Assembly (NCBI GenBank): GCA_000320545.1
Contig: ADNK01000643.1
Location: 32,286-96,285, forward strand
Reading direction: 5' to 3'
DNA length: 64,000 bases
Source of the DNA: Bigelowiella natans CCMP2755
Lineage: Eukaryota; Protista; Cercozoa
Each line of letters starts with the position of its first letter. Position 1 is the first letter of the stretch. Below, piece after piece: positions 1 to 11,573 of this stretch. Below the pieces are notes generated by a model. The model searched no databases. It had not been told where the DNA came from and was given only the letters and a program-made list of their open reading frames with translations. The position numbers and the translations under genes were made by a program.

Positions 1-1330
1 AGTTGGCCAATCTGAACGAATACCTACGATTCGAGACGTTCGGCTCAGGACTTCACATCAGCTCTGCGCCAAATATCGTTGCTGAGGCGATGGAAAAGCA
101 CATGTTGATGGGAAATGACATATGGGGACACTACTTTGAGAGCACATTACCGCGAATACAGAGCACCGTCCTGCGGTTGCTAGATTTACCTGAGGGGGGG
201 CACTGGACTGTCACTGAAGGCGCAAACACGACGGAGTTTCTACCACGAATCTTTTCGAGCGCACTGAGTGCAAGCACTGGGAAGACCCATATTGTAACCA
301 CCGATTCCGAGTTCCTCGCCGCGGACCGTGCTTTCGCTGAGAGGAGGGATTGCGTCTCAATGGTACCCTTCGGAGTCGGCTGCGACTTCAAAAAGACCCT
401 TGACGACATCGCTGCGTTGGTGCGATCGCGGTCAGACGTAGGGCTGGTGTTTCTGTCACAGGTATACTCGAATACACAGGCTAGCTTGACTGAGAAGGAA
501 TTTGGAGACTTTCTTGGTTCGATCCCTGCAGAGGTGGCGGTGTGCGTTGACGTTACACAGGGCTTCTGCAACACTCCCTTCTCCTGGGGGAATGCGCTAG
601 GGGGGGGCAGAACCTCCCCAGTGTACATAACGGGCACCTTCGTCAAACACGGAAGGGCAGGAGAAGGTGTTGGGTTCTTGGCACATCCTCGAGTCACCGC
701 GGAGAGACTCCGGCCTCAGAACTCCGGCTGGACCGCATGTTTGTCCGGCCTTGGATCAGCCTCCACGCGATGCACGGAAGGGAGGGCAGCCTTCGATCAG
801 GGCCTAGAATGGAGGGGAGGTACCCCTGCGAACTTCGCACACCTTGAGCTCGCAGTGCACACGTGGGATACCCTTCTTTTTAAGGAAAATAGGACGCTGT
901 CCGACTTTCATGAATACGTCCAGGATTTGATCAAGCTGTTCCTCGATACGCTCGATTTCCAAGGCGTGGAAATTCTGAACCGACACAATCTGCTCGAGCG
1001 TGAGCGCAGGAAAGCGTTCCCTCACAGGGCATCAAATGCCCTCGTGTTTGACGTTGGTGAGAGAGCGAGTGACCTCCTGGACTACTTACGACAAAGCCAC
1101 GGTGTGGTTTGTGATTGCCGGAATTCAAGGTAATGTCACTGATTGTGTTCTTTGGTTGGACCGACGTGTTTACATCTTAAACGATATTCGTCATGAAAAG
1201 ACCGGTCTATCATATTCAATTGATTTTCTTCAGGTATGTTCGCGTGGGATTCGGCATCGAGCATGGTCCTGCACAAGTCCAAATTCTGGCGAACGCTATA
1301 TCAAGTTATGAGGAAGGCCAGCAGAAGTAA
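1..1330 (+). CDS. PLP-dependent class V aminotransferase-fold enzyme (kynureninase/selenocysteine lyase-like); 5' end outside window
   Basis: Motifs IVTTDSEF, LVFLSQV, VCVDVTQG (PLP Asp), TFVKHG (PLP Lys), RPQNSGW, GGTP. One GT-AG intron 1130-1233 joins DCRNSR to YVRVGFG...QQK* (stop ends 1330). Confidence 0.8.
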
Positions 1331-1635
1331 CTTCATAGTGAAGCGTCGTATCGAAAACAGGGCGATGATTGCAGCCGATATTGAGCAACGGAACTGACGC
1401 ATATGATGAAAGGATAGGGAAATCCTCATAATAAACGCCCTCACGTATGAACACGTAAATTATGGGGAACCCCAAAATAACAATGTGAAACCATCTCATC
1501 ACACAGGCGTATGTGCATATGACACAGCCTTGGACATGAATGCGCCACGCTGATGCAAATAAATTGACAGCGGCTATGACCTTCCCGTGACAACGCCATG
1601 AGTTCATGTTTTCACGCTTCCTTCCTTCCAGCAAG

Positions 1636-1669
<34 letters not shown>

Positions 1670-2248
1670 CATATGCTATATGTAGCGCATAGGTACGTAA
1701 CTACTGCGGCGCTACACACCAGTAGGATCCTCCGTGCTAGCGTGGACTAGGCAGCCATCATTTGCAATCATTATCGATGCGGGTGCAAGCAGCATTCTAG
1801 CGTTGTTGTGGCGTAAGTACGCACTAGAGCACAAATAACAGTGTAGCAATCTACAAATTTATATAAATTTAATGGATTAATTACATCTGTCTTACAATCT
1901 ACATGCGTCATGGTCTCATGCGTTGCCTGATGCAATGGACACATGGTCACCATGCTTGTGCACAGACTACACGCAACCTCATGACATGAAGCTAACGCAA
2001 GCAGCAAGCAGATCGAGCATTCCTGTGTGCAGCCTACATGCAGCGCATTTGCACAGCTACGGGGAATTGCGCAATGCTGCGCGTGATGAAATAGAGAAAG
2101 AGTAATGAGCAAGAACTTTTCAAGCCATGATGCATCCGCCTACTTGTGATGAGTACTACAAGCACTGCCTTGGACAAGCCTGTGCCCAAGGCTGTAGTAC
2201 GGCACGCTAAAGCATGCTGCTTCATGGAAACGTAGTGTCGTGTAGCCT

Positions 2249-3325
2249 TCATAAGGACGGCTCAGAGGTGTCAGTGGTACAAACCGCTACCCCTGGCTTG
2301 AAAGGACTGCCGAGAACCACGCTATCGCCCCAGATGATTCCGGTAGAGATCATCGATAGTGCCTGCCCGTCCTGAAGCAGGTCGAAAGTCGCCTCCAGCT
2401 TTGGTGGTGTGGCCGAAGATGAAGAGCTTGAAGCTGGGTCAGGAGAGAACACAGTAAGGCCTCCGGGATTGACTACTGTGTCGTCGCCCATTCTAACAGG
2501 AACAAAAACATGATGATTAGCTGATGTACTGAGACCAACTTCGTACGGATTTGTTGTCTCCTCTTTTGTTTTCTTGGTCAGGCATGTGTAGCAACAATAC
2601 AGTGCGATTTAAAAGCCAGGATGAACGTACATAATCTTCGCGGACAAGAATGGAAACGGCGTGGCGCTGGCGAGTATGCTCCCACTTGACTGTCGGTGTA
2701 TAGAAGGATAGCATAAAGTACGTGTGTGTCTGTGTGTGGGGAGTGTTGGTGTGAGGGAGGGAGGGGGAGAGAGGGGGGTGGGGGGGGAGGGGAAGAGAGC
2801 GAGGGCAATAAGGAACACGTGAATACCTCATCATAGTCCAGATTGTCTATCATGTGTGGCGATGCTATTTCTCCACGGGCCTCGAGCAATCCATCGGCAG
2901 TAATCTTAAACATCCTTATCAGGTTTCCATACATATCAGCCTGAAGCGAAGAGGGGGGGAGAAGGGTGTTTGAAGTACACCATCGACACGTATATTACTC
3001 ATCAGGCAGAGAGAAGGAAAGAGAAGAGGCAAGAAATCACCCCCGATCAATATCTGAGTAGATAAATGTGCTTAGACCCCTTTATCTCAACCCTTTTCCT
3101 TGTGAGAACCAATACCCCATCACCCCACTTCCCGGTCTCTTTTTCCTTCCCCCCCTCTCTTTCCTATACTTCATACTGACCGCAAAGACAAAGCTTCTGT
3201 CCTTTGTTGCCGTTATCCCGTTGTAGAAAAGACCCAGCTTGTCTGACGCTTTCGCACACTAGGGAAAAATACGTGAAATGGATGGGGAAATGTCCCTATT
3301 TGTTCGATCATTGTGCACTGAGCGG

Positions 3326-3366
<41 letters not shown>

Positions 3367-4006
3367 TATATATTATACTTATATGTTATCTTTTATTTAC
3401 GTCCAAAGACTGCGCTCATACCTTCCATCCGACACGCTGCCCCTTGTTCTTATGACATCCGTAGATGTAGCTCCGAGGGACCCACATTTGTCCAAGGGTC
3501 TCCAAAAGCTAGCAGCATATTATCATTTGTGAAATATGGGTATTGTTATTGGGGGCGATGGGAGGTGACGAACTACGCCGTGAAGACGTGGAATACTAAC
3601 ATTCAGTAAAACGCCTACATACACAACACCTCCACATTTCCCTGGACGCCAGCACACTCACACACACACACACACACACTTGAATCTATATGCCTGGATA
3701 TACTGCAAATAAACACAGCCATATGAGCGAGCGGGGAAAATTTAGGTGAGTGCGACAGTTGCAGAAAAGATATCCGACGTTTTGGACTGCTTCTCTGATC
3801 GTAAAAGGCCCGTGAGCTCCTCCCAGAGGCTGTGAATACCAATGAAACCTGGTAGTGAGAGGGATAGGGTACAGGAAAACAGCAGAGTGCGGATGCGAAG
3901 GCTTGAGGATGAAAATCAGCGATAGCACCAGCAACAACGACCTCTTGAAAGTGGGGAAGAAAGCTAAAGTTATTTAGAGGTAGCTGCAGTAGCAGCACAG
4001 CAGAGG

Positions 4007-4037
<31 letters not shown>

Positions 4038-5446
4038 GATTGGTAGTAGTATGGTTAGTCGTTGTAGGATTGGTAGTAGTATTAGTAGTAGGCAGCATCG
4101 GTGGAAGTAGCATCATGCAGCGGGACAATAGTTGTGCTAGTAATGATGCCTGGTAACGAAGATTTCATCTGCGGACCGGCCTTCAACAACGTCGTTGATC
4201 ACAGTGTTCTCAGGGGTCGGTAAGATGGAATCCACGTGCACGAGGCGCAACGAGGAAGCAGCCGAGGATGAGGACGACGACGATGACGCAGAAGGTTGCA
4301 TCACCGAAAACACTTCGACGTAACTTCCCCTATAGCGTTAGATTATTTTTTCAATGGAAAGCAAACGATGCAAGAAGGCAGTCTGAGGGGCAAAAAGGTG
4401 ACATTTAGCTAATTTTGTCCTGTGGATTCTCAAACTTTTGCACAGTGCTGAGCAACAATCACTTGCATTATGAAACCTTATTTTCAGAAGCAGAGGCTCC
4501 CATTGTTTGTTTTTCTAGGAAATCGGAAATTAAGTCTTACTCGCCCTGGAAGGGGTGCGATACAGCGTAGAGTCTATTGGTGGCATTCGAGTAAAAAATG
4601 CCTAAGGAGTGAAACAATCACACAGTACATATTAACATACAAGAGAGAGAGAATGTTCCGTTCCTTACATGACAGTTGGCAGTCATGATCATGAGAAGGT
4701 CACAGTGACTATGAATATCGCCACCCGTTACTTCACACGCTCTTAACGCATGATTGTGCCAATTCGAAAGGTTTGTTATCAGGGACCGTGTGGTTGGAAC
4801 CTCCGCCCCTCTGGGAAGTTCTCAATGGTGAGCGGCGTCGGCATCGACATGGAGGTTTCACGAATAGAGTTTAGATCGAGAGCAAAAATGAATCCTTGCT
4901 TGGCCGGCCCCTGCGTCCCTGTGGCGAATACACCCTGCAGGTCGCCTGCAGATCCGAAGGCAATCTGAGATCCGATGGAGGGCCATTTAGGGAATCGTTA
5001 TGAGTAATTGTTGAGATGCGTAGCATAACGTACTGACCCCATTCTTGTACATTGTAAAGTCCTCTGAGTTGGCGAGAATCTCACTTCCCACATTCTCGCA
5101 ACGGAGCTAATAATTATAATGAATGAGGATGGTGATGTTAGCGAGGACGATGAAGAGGAAAGAGGGGGGGATGGAAACAGATGTTTGTGGTGAAATTCAC
5201 AGTGATGCCAGAAAATCCCTGCGCACACTTACATCATATGTCACGTCACCCTTGAACACGCCAAGAAGGAGGGCCACGTAACCCCCCCATGCCAGCGCCG
5301 GTCTGTATGAAAGGCGAACAACAAAAAGTCGAATACATTCATCCTAGTGTTTCATCGGGCGAAATCGGGAAAAGATCTCTCCCACGCTACGAGAGGTAGA
5401 TCTAAAAGCATTACACGAGGATGCAGGTGACGAGGCGGCACAGCAT
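2249..5446 (-). CDS. Paraoxonase/arylesterase (PON)-like six-bladed beta-propeller lactonase, multi-exon
   Basis: Hand-spliced exons give an N-terminal anchor (MLCRLVTCILVPALAWGGYVALLLGVFKG), then NSEDF, FQPHG|IFYSNATNRLYAVSHP, SYVEVF, NDVVEGRSADEIFVT, MIDNL and VVLGSPF, in the order of PON-family motifs. Confidence 0.8.
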
Positions 5447-5509
5447 CGTTCCGAACGAGCTCGGAAGGTGTGAGCAATTTTCAGCCTACGACAGTGTTTT
5501 CCCTCTCTA

Positions 5510-6350
5510 CATCTTGTCGCAAACACCAATTTGCCTTGGAACCAATGCGCGACTGTGACGGGGGAAAATGCTGACAACCATCAACTCACTGAAGTTGGTT
5601 CGAGGCACGTGCTGCGTTTCGCACACTGCAAGTGTCTTGCAACACTTTGGAAATGCAGTTTCTCATCGTTGCTTCATTGTTTCAATGTTGTGCAATGCTT
5701 GGAATGCACGTGAACGCACTTCGTTCACAACATCAACGGGTCGACACTTTTTTTCAAGAAAGAAGCAAGCGCCCAGCGTGCCAGCACGGTCGTGCATGCT
5801 GGCATGCCAGCACGCTCACATCATCAGCGCGTGTCTGCAGCTGTCACAAAACCATCCGACAGAAGTGTCTGGACGTGTGCACGTTGCACGTCGCTGCACA
5901 TCTTTGGGTCAACATGCATGCGTGCACGAGACGGATGGCACATCTGTGCATGTGCAATGCACATGCAAATGCATCAAGACGTCTCCAGATCTGTGGGACA
6001 CATCTCGATGACCTAGCGATGTGCATGCTGGCATGCTGTCTGTTGTGTGCTCTGTGGACACTGCACTGAGCGCGACATCAACGGCCAGGATGTGCCAGTG
6101 TGGATGCTTTCAAATGCATGAAACAGCGAAACAGCACGATCTGCTAGCCATGGATGTGGCAGAGACAAACAACAATTTCATGACATGTCCAACGCAATCG
6201 CATCCGTCTCACACTGCACTGCGCAAGCGACATCGGCGACAGGATGTGAATGCTTTCAAATGCATGAATTTGCACAGAAAATGCACAATGGCCGAGACAA
6301 ACAGATGCATGCAACATGAGCGCTGGCCGCTTCATCAAATCCGTCTCACA
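5510..6350. other. TpA-void intergenic domain 1
   Basis: 840 bp with only two TA dinucleotides, both in CTAG (6013, 6144); CpG remains abundant. Confidence 0.95.
5585..5690 (+). repeat. ~100-bp dispersed module (SINE/LINE-tail-like), copy 1
   Basis: ctcactgaag..gttcgaggcac..tttcgcacactgcaagtgtcttgcaacactttggaaatgcag matches copies at 9705, 9861 (+) and 10240-10418 (-). Confidence 0.8.
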
Positions 6351-6355
6351 TACAC
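6060..6355 (+). repeat. Two tandem degenerate units of the 'AETNR...catccgtctcac' retroelement-tail-like family
   Basis: Each unit has atgctttcaaatgcatgaa...gagacaaaca...atccgtctcaca; related to 21161-21421 and 56150-56415. Confidence 0.6.
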
Positions 6356-6508
6356 TGCATGTCTAGACTGTCTAGCTGTGTTTCTGTCATTACTAGGTTA
6401 TTAATATGCTTCTAGCAATGATTTTTCCATGGCGGTACACACAATACCAGACAAGAGACACGCACATCCAGCGCTAAAGCGCGACAAGCTAGCCAGAGTG
6501 GCGTGCAA

Positions 6509-9406
6509 CTACTCTTTTGTAGTTTCCATCAGAAAGTCAAAAAGCGCAGACTCATGAAGCCGCCGCCGGCCCTTCTTTTTTGCGTACAAAAGAAGCCTCT
6601 TCCACAGCCACGAGGAGCTCTTGCCAGCTTTCAAAATAGCCTCCACTACTTGTTCGAGACCCTCGGTGCGATTGTCGCCAAAAGTGTGGTACAGCACCTT
6701 CTTCTTCGCCTCGGAGCAACCTATCCACTGCAGCATGGCCTGGAAAAATAGCCGAGTAAGTTGTTGCTTCTTCACGAACAGCTCTATCTATACTTGACGT
6801 GATCCGGAGAAAATCTGCCTGTTTCTCTTTACCGAAGGGTAAGAAGAAAGAAAAAAGGGCTGCGGCTGAAAGATTTTTGCATAATTTGTCCAGTTTAGCG
6901 TGCTGATAGCATAGAGAAACATCTTAGTTCATACGACGTATTTGTACCTTGAGTGGAATATCCCCCCCAAAGGCGCCACAGCCCCAATTTCCAGTTGCAA
7001 ACGTATCGAAGGCGTACTGTTTCGGAGTCATGACGGCAGCGTCTTTCGACTCCTCTATTGTGCTATCTATGGATTGCTTACCTAGGAAGGATAAACGAGA
7101 TTTAATAATGACAAGCTTTGACGCTCTTAATCAAAGATAGCAGTCAAAATGAGTCAAATGCGACGAAAGCCGGCTTTTCAGATGGGCTATGTCCATGGTT
7201 CGATTCTTGTCAGCAAAGGACCTGCATCCGGGTCGTAAGCCGTGAGTTTTTCCCCAGCGCAAGTGAGCTCGTTGGGGACATCAACAGCGACGAAGGTCTT
7301 CACAATCTCGCGCATCATAATCTCCTTGCTGTATTGATTAAACTGACGTGATCAGCCAAGGTATCAGTGTCTCCCAGAGTATATCATCAAAGAAGTTGAA
7401 AACCAAAAGCTACGGCACAGAGTCCGCATCCATAATTGCGCTAAGATGATTTTTACATAAATTGCAAGTGTAAAGGCTCATCCATTGTCTGACCCTCCAC
7501 CAGTCCAAATTTTTGGTCAAAAAAGTTATTCTCTCATCCTTCATCTTCCCCTTCACAAGTACCGAAAAAGCAACGATTGCATCAAACGCGATGATGACGT
7601 TTGATATGCGACGTTTGGGATCGAGTGGTGTCTTATCCTTGAAGTCTCCAGCATACTTGAACCCTCGTGCATAACCAGTGTGCTTTGAGAAACGCTCTGC
7701 GCCAACTGATGAGTAATGAAGGCGAAAGGTTGACACCCAGCGTATATCAGATCAAACTTGCTGCATTGACTGGATGCGTCTCGTTTTTAACTCATTTCTC
7801 AAACCCCCCCGAGCTTTCTTGTACAATCGGCTGCACTCATTGCATTACACACGCACACGCACACGCACACGCACACGCACACACCAACCTAAGGTGATGC
7901 TTTCGTTAGCCAGCATGACTTCACAGAAGAGCATTGAGCACAGACACTCTGGTTTTTCGAGAAACAGTATCTCTTCTTGGACGCAACCCGCTTGCAGCAC
8001 ACCGCCCCCGATCCACTCATTCGCGAAATCTGCCTGTAGACATCTACATCGCGCACGCATTGCGAGTACGTTACGACAACAAGGGGTAAATACAGAGGTA
8101 AAGGAAAGGGGGGGGAGAGAGAAAGAGAATGAAGGAGTTGACGCAAATCATAAATGGGTGCTCCTGTCGTTCTGGTTGCTGCTTCTTCTTCTTCTTCTTC
8201 TTCTTCTTCTTCTTCTTTTCCAAGCGACATGGTCGTATCTAATCGCGCATACCCATCAGCGTCTTCGATCATGTGACCGACAGGAAGCACTTTGAATTCC
8301 GTGAGCTTAGTGTCTTCTTGCGGCTCAAACTCCTCTGCATTCTTCAGGACGAGGCGATGAAAACTCACGTTGCGCTCGCTGATACCCCCAACTGCGAGAC
8401 GGAAAAAGTAGTGCAGGAGGCACTTCGAATGCTCCTCACAACGAGAGAAAACGCCAGCGAACGCAAGCTCCGGACAGTTCCGTCCTAACACATTTACGAG
8501 CTATTTAGAGCTACCACGCAACGCAGGACAGCCATATGGTTTCAATCTAGTGGTAGACAGCAAGTCACTTTCTAGGAAATGATGGCCATCGCCTTCAAGG
8601 TGATGCAGAGGGAAGACAAGGGGGGGGTTAGTACCTGATGGAAGCAGGTCAAAGAATGCACAAGCCAGGATCACCGCGCATTGGTGAGCTGTGAGCGTCA
8701 ATTTAGCTGGATACCCTTGCCGCAATAATGGAATGCTCTTCGCGTCAGCAAACTGCACAGGGAGTTGCAGGATTAGCTCTTGAACAAACGGCAATATCTT
8801 CGAGAAAAATTTCTTTCCTTCCTCCCCTAGATACGGGATGGGTAAAGAGGGAGAGAGAGAGAGAGAGAGAGAGAAAGGTGAAGGCGTCTCGTCAGCCCAT
8901 TTCTAAGTTCTCTGGTTTTCGCCATCATTTCCATCTACTACCCATCGAGTCAACCGCCTTGCAGAGGGCCTTGTAACGATATGTCTCTTCTTTGTGTGGG
9001 TTGAGATCACTGGCTAGTTTCTCAAAGTCATCCCATTTCTCAACCTAAATGAAAGATGAGCTATGGAATTTCGACAGCGACCTGGAAGCCACAGTTCATT
9101 TTCATTCGCACGCAAAATGGCCTCTGGTGAGCGTCTTTACCTTGGTTTCGGAGAGAATTTTCGAAATCCTCACCCACATCTGCCCGTCGGAGTGCGGGAG
9201 GTCAATCATGTGTTTCGATGAATCTGAACAGTTCAGTGCAATTGGATTTAGAAAGGTGTGCATGCATCACAAATGCTGTCTACATTTCGACCGTTTTTGC
9301 ATCTTCGAGAGCGTTTCTCACCCCCTTGTTCACTCTCCCCTTCCATCGCCTTCTCTTGATCCTTCTTCCTCTTGGAGGGGGCACTAGGTCCGTCTTTCTC
9401 TTCCAT
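6509..9406 (-). CDS. PARG: Poly(ADP-ribose) glycohydrolase, multi-exon
   Basis: Catalytic signature LQADFAN.WIGGGVLQAGCVQEEILF, plus GAERFSKHTGY, IIAFDA, ATGNWGCGAFGGD and LQWIGCSEA; start codon tentative. Confidence 0.93.
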
Positions 9407-9704
9407 CTCTCCGGTTTCTTCGGTTTCGGGTGAGCGTTCTCAGGCGTTTTTTCGCTACGACATCTGAATATCCTCGTAGCATCTAGTCGTAAATCAAGGA
9501 CGATTTCATCGGCAGAAAAATTCCGTGAAATTTCCTAATGCAGGCTTGATTTCCGAGAGAAGCAGCCTCTGCTTCTGAAAAGAAAGCTTGATGCATTTGA
9601 GTGGAGGTCTTGCGCCGTCAGTGTTTTGCCGCTAGTGTCATTGCAACACAATGACTAAATCATGCCAATTTGAAAAACCAGCTAGTTGATTTGCTAGTCA
9701 CAGT

Positions 9705-9964
9705 CCTCACTGAAGCCAGTTCGAGGCACTGCATTTCGAACACTGCAAATGTCTTGCAACATTTTGGAAATGCAGTTCATCATCATTGTTCATTGTTCAT
9801 TGTTCATTCAATGTTTGGTTCGTGCCATTTTGCACGATCCCCGCTAGCTTGCTAGTCAGTCCTCACTGAAGCCAGTTCGAGGCACTGCATTTCGCACTTT
9901 GCAAGTGTCACGTCACACTTTGGAGATGTTGTTTTTCATCATTGTTCATGTTGTTCATTGTTCA
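9705..9964 (+). repeat. Two tandem copies of the ~100-bp module, each with a (cattgtt)-type tail
   Basis: cctcactgaagccagttcgaggcactgcatttcg at ~9705 and ~9861, each followed by catcattgttcattgtt-like tails. Confidence 0.85.
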
Positions 9965-10186
9965 CAATGCAAGTGATTTTCTCAGCACTGCCACAAAGTG
10001 TGAGAATCCATGGGACGAAAATTTTGCCCCGCAGACTGCCTTCTTGCATCGTTTGCTTTCCATCGAAACAGTGATCCAACGCTGTGGGAAGTCGTGTCGA
10101 AGTGTTTTCGGATGAGATGTGCAACCTTCTGCATCATCGTCGACGTCCTCACCCTCCAGCCCTCGGCTTCCTCGTGGAGCTTGCCT
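9965..10186 (+). pseudogene. Degenerate inverted copy of PON-like gene intron+exon (source 4245-4473)
   Basis: Aligns by eye to the reverse complement of 4245-4473 (e.g. cagactgccttcttgcatcgtttgctttccat; gtcgaagtgttttcgg; tgcaaccttctgc). Confidence 0.88.
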
Positions 10187-10239
10187 TCGGCAGGCGGTCT
10201 TTTTGCTGGAGACACCCGTGTGCATGTGAGTGACAATCT

Positions 10240-10418
10240 GGACAATGACAATGATGACCACACTTCCAAAACGTTGTGAGACGTTCGCAGTCAGCAGTGC
10301 ACGAAACGCAGTGCCTCGAGAACAATGAGACAATGATGAAAATTTGTCTGCACTTCCAAAGTGTGACAAGACACTTGCAGTGTGCGAAGTGCAGTGCCTC
10401 GAACTGGCTTCAGTGAGG
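10240..10418 (-). repeat. One full and one partial inverted copy of the ~100-bp module
   Basis: Reverse complement reads cctcactgaagccagttcgaggcactgcacttcgcacactgcaagtgtcttgtcacactttggaagtgcag, followed by a second tcgaggcactgcgtttcg unit. Confidence 0.85.
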
Positions 10419-10468
10419 AGTGAAAACTGTCGAACCAGCTTTGGTGAGGCCTCACCAGCCCTGTGAGG

Positions 10469-10608
10469 CTGGAAGGGGTGCGACAGCGCAGAGTCCATTG
10501 GTGGCATTCGAGTGGAAAACCCTGAGGAGTGAAACTCATCAACCACACTGCAGCAGTTGCACGTTCGGACATTGGCCATCCAGAGAGAGAGAGACAGAGA
10601 GCTGGAGC

Positions 10609-10651
<43 letters not shown>

Positions 10652-10737
10652 TTCTGTTCCTGCTTGCACAAGCATGACAGCTCTGGCAATCATGATCATG
10701 AGAAGCATGTCACAGTGACTGCATGAACATCGCCACC
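10469..10737 (-). pseudogene. Degenerate copy of PON-like exon 4541-4601 and its upstream intron (source 4546-4725)
   Basis: ctggaaggggtgcga..agagtc.attggtggcattcgagt..aggagtgaaac...catgatcatgagaag..gtcacagtgact..atcgccacc is shared with 4546-4725. Confidence 0.88.
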
Positions 10738-11388
10738 AATCGAGCAACAATGTCCAGATGTGATGGGGAAAGTTTGACAATGATGCAAAGTGGCGATTTT
10801 GCATGTTCATTCCTGCTGCATGATTCAGGCAATTGCTGCATGCAATTCGCTTGCTCATCATGCGTTCGTGTCGCATGAGCTTTTCCACGTGTGCAAGGCG
10901 AGAATTGCACGGCGCGCATGCTGGCATGCTAGAATGATCATGGCAATCCACCCAAATAACCAGTCTTGCAGTGCGCACAACCGAATTGATAATAGACATA
11001 GTGACATTGTCATGGATGCTGCAAGGTGCTATAATTGCTACTCGTAGACATTGTCCATTGTGTGTGCTGTGTGTGTAGCTAGTGTGATTAGGTGCTGCTA
11101 GCGTCCATGACATCGATCACAAAAATGCCAATCAAAAGATGTTAGAAAGGTGCACACATTTGCATGATGCAACGCTCCATGCTAGCATGGTATTGTGTAA
11201 CTTTCGCAAAATCATGTCTAATTTTGGAGTTTTACCGTCACCCCTACCATAACGGCGTTGTTTAATTCATTACTGATACACATATTTTCTGACGTTATTT
11301 TCACACCATCACTATTAAGATTCACAACGCAAATTCTATTATTCACAGAATTGCACGAATTTAATAAATTGCTGGATATCTTGAGTCC

Positions 11389-11534
11389 TTAAAGTTCCGC
11401 GAACTTGTTCTCGAAGATTTCCTTCATCGTCAGAGCCATCTGATGGACTCGACTATGGGGGGGATTGAACTTGCATGCATTACTGAAAACAAGGCGGATG
11501 TCCTCGGCAAACGTCTGCTTTTCCGTATAGTAAC

Positions 11535-11573
<39 letters not shown>

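Larger units (their letters stand above)
9660..10955. other. TpA-void intergenic domain 2
   Basis: ~1.3 kb with five TA, all in CTAG (9682, 9694, 9844, 9852, 10929); no TA at all from 9855 to 10929. Confidence 0.95.

Noticed and set aside
5510-6350. CpG-methylation decay or classical RIP as the cause of TG/CA richness
   Set aside because: CpG is abundant and TpA is missing; RIP would increase TpA.
9705-10418. CRISPR-like repeat-spacer array
   Set aside because: Eukaryotic context; units are ~100 bp, degenerate, irregularly spaced and in both orientations.
9962-11113. 383-aa ORF, and the overlapping Cys/His/Met-rich ORFs at 5.5-6.4 and 24.7-25.5 kb
   Set aside because: By-product of TpA loss: no TAA/TAG stops and almost no Tyr; the ORF runs through repeats, pseudogene pieces and a microsatellite.
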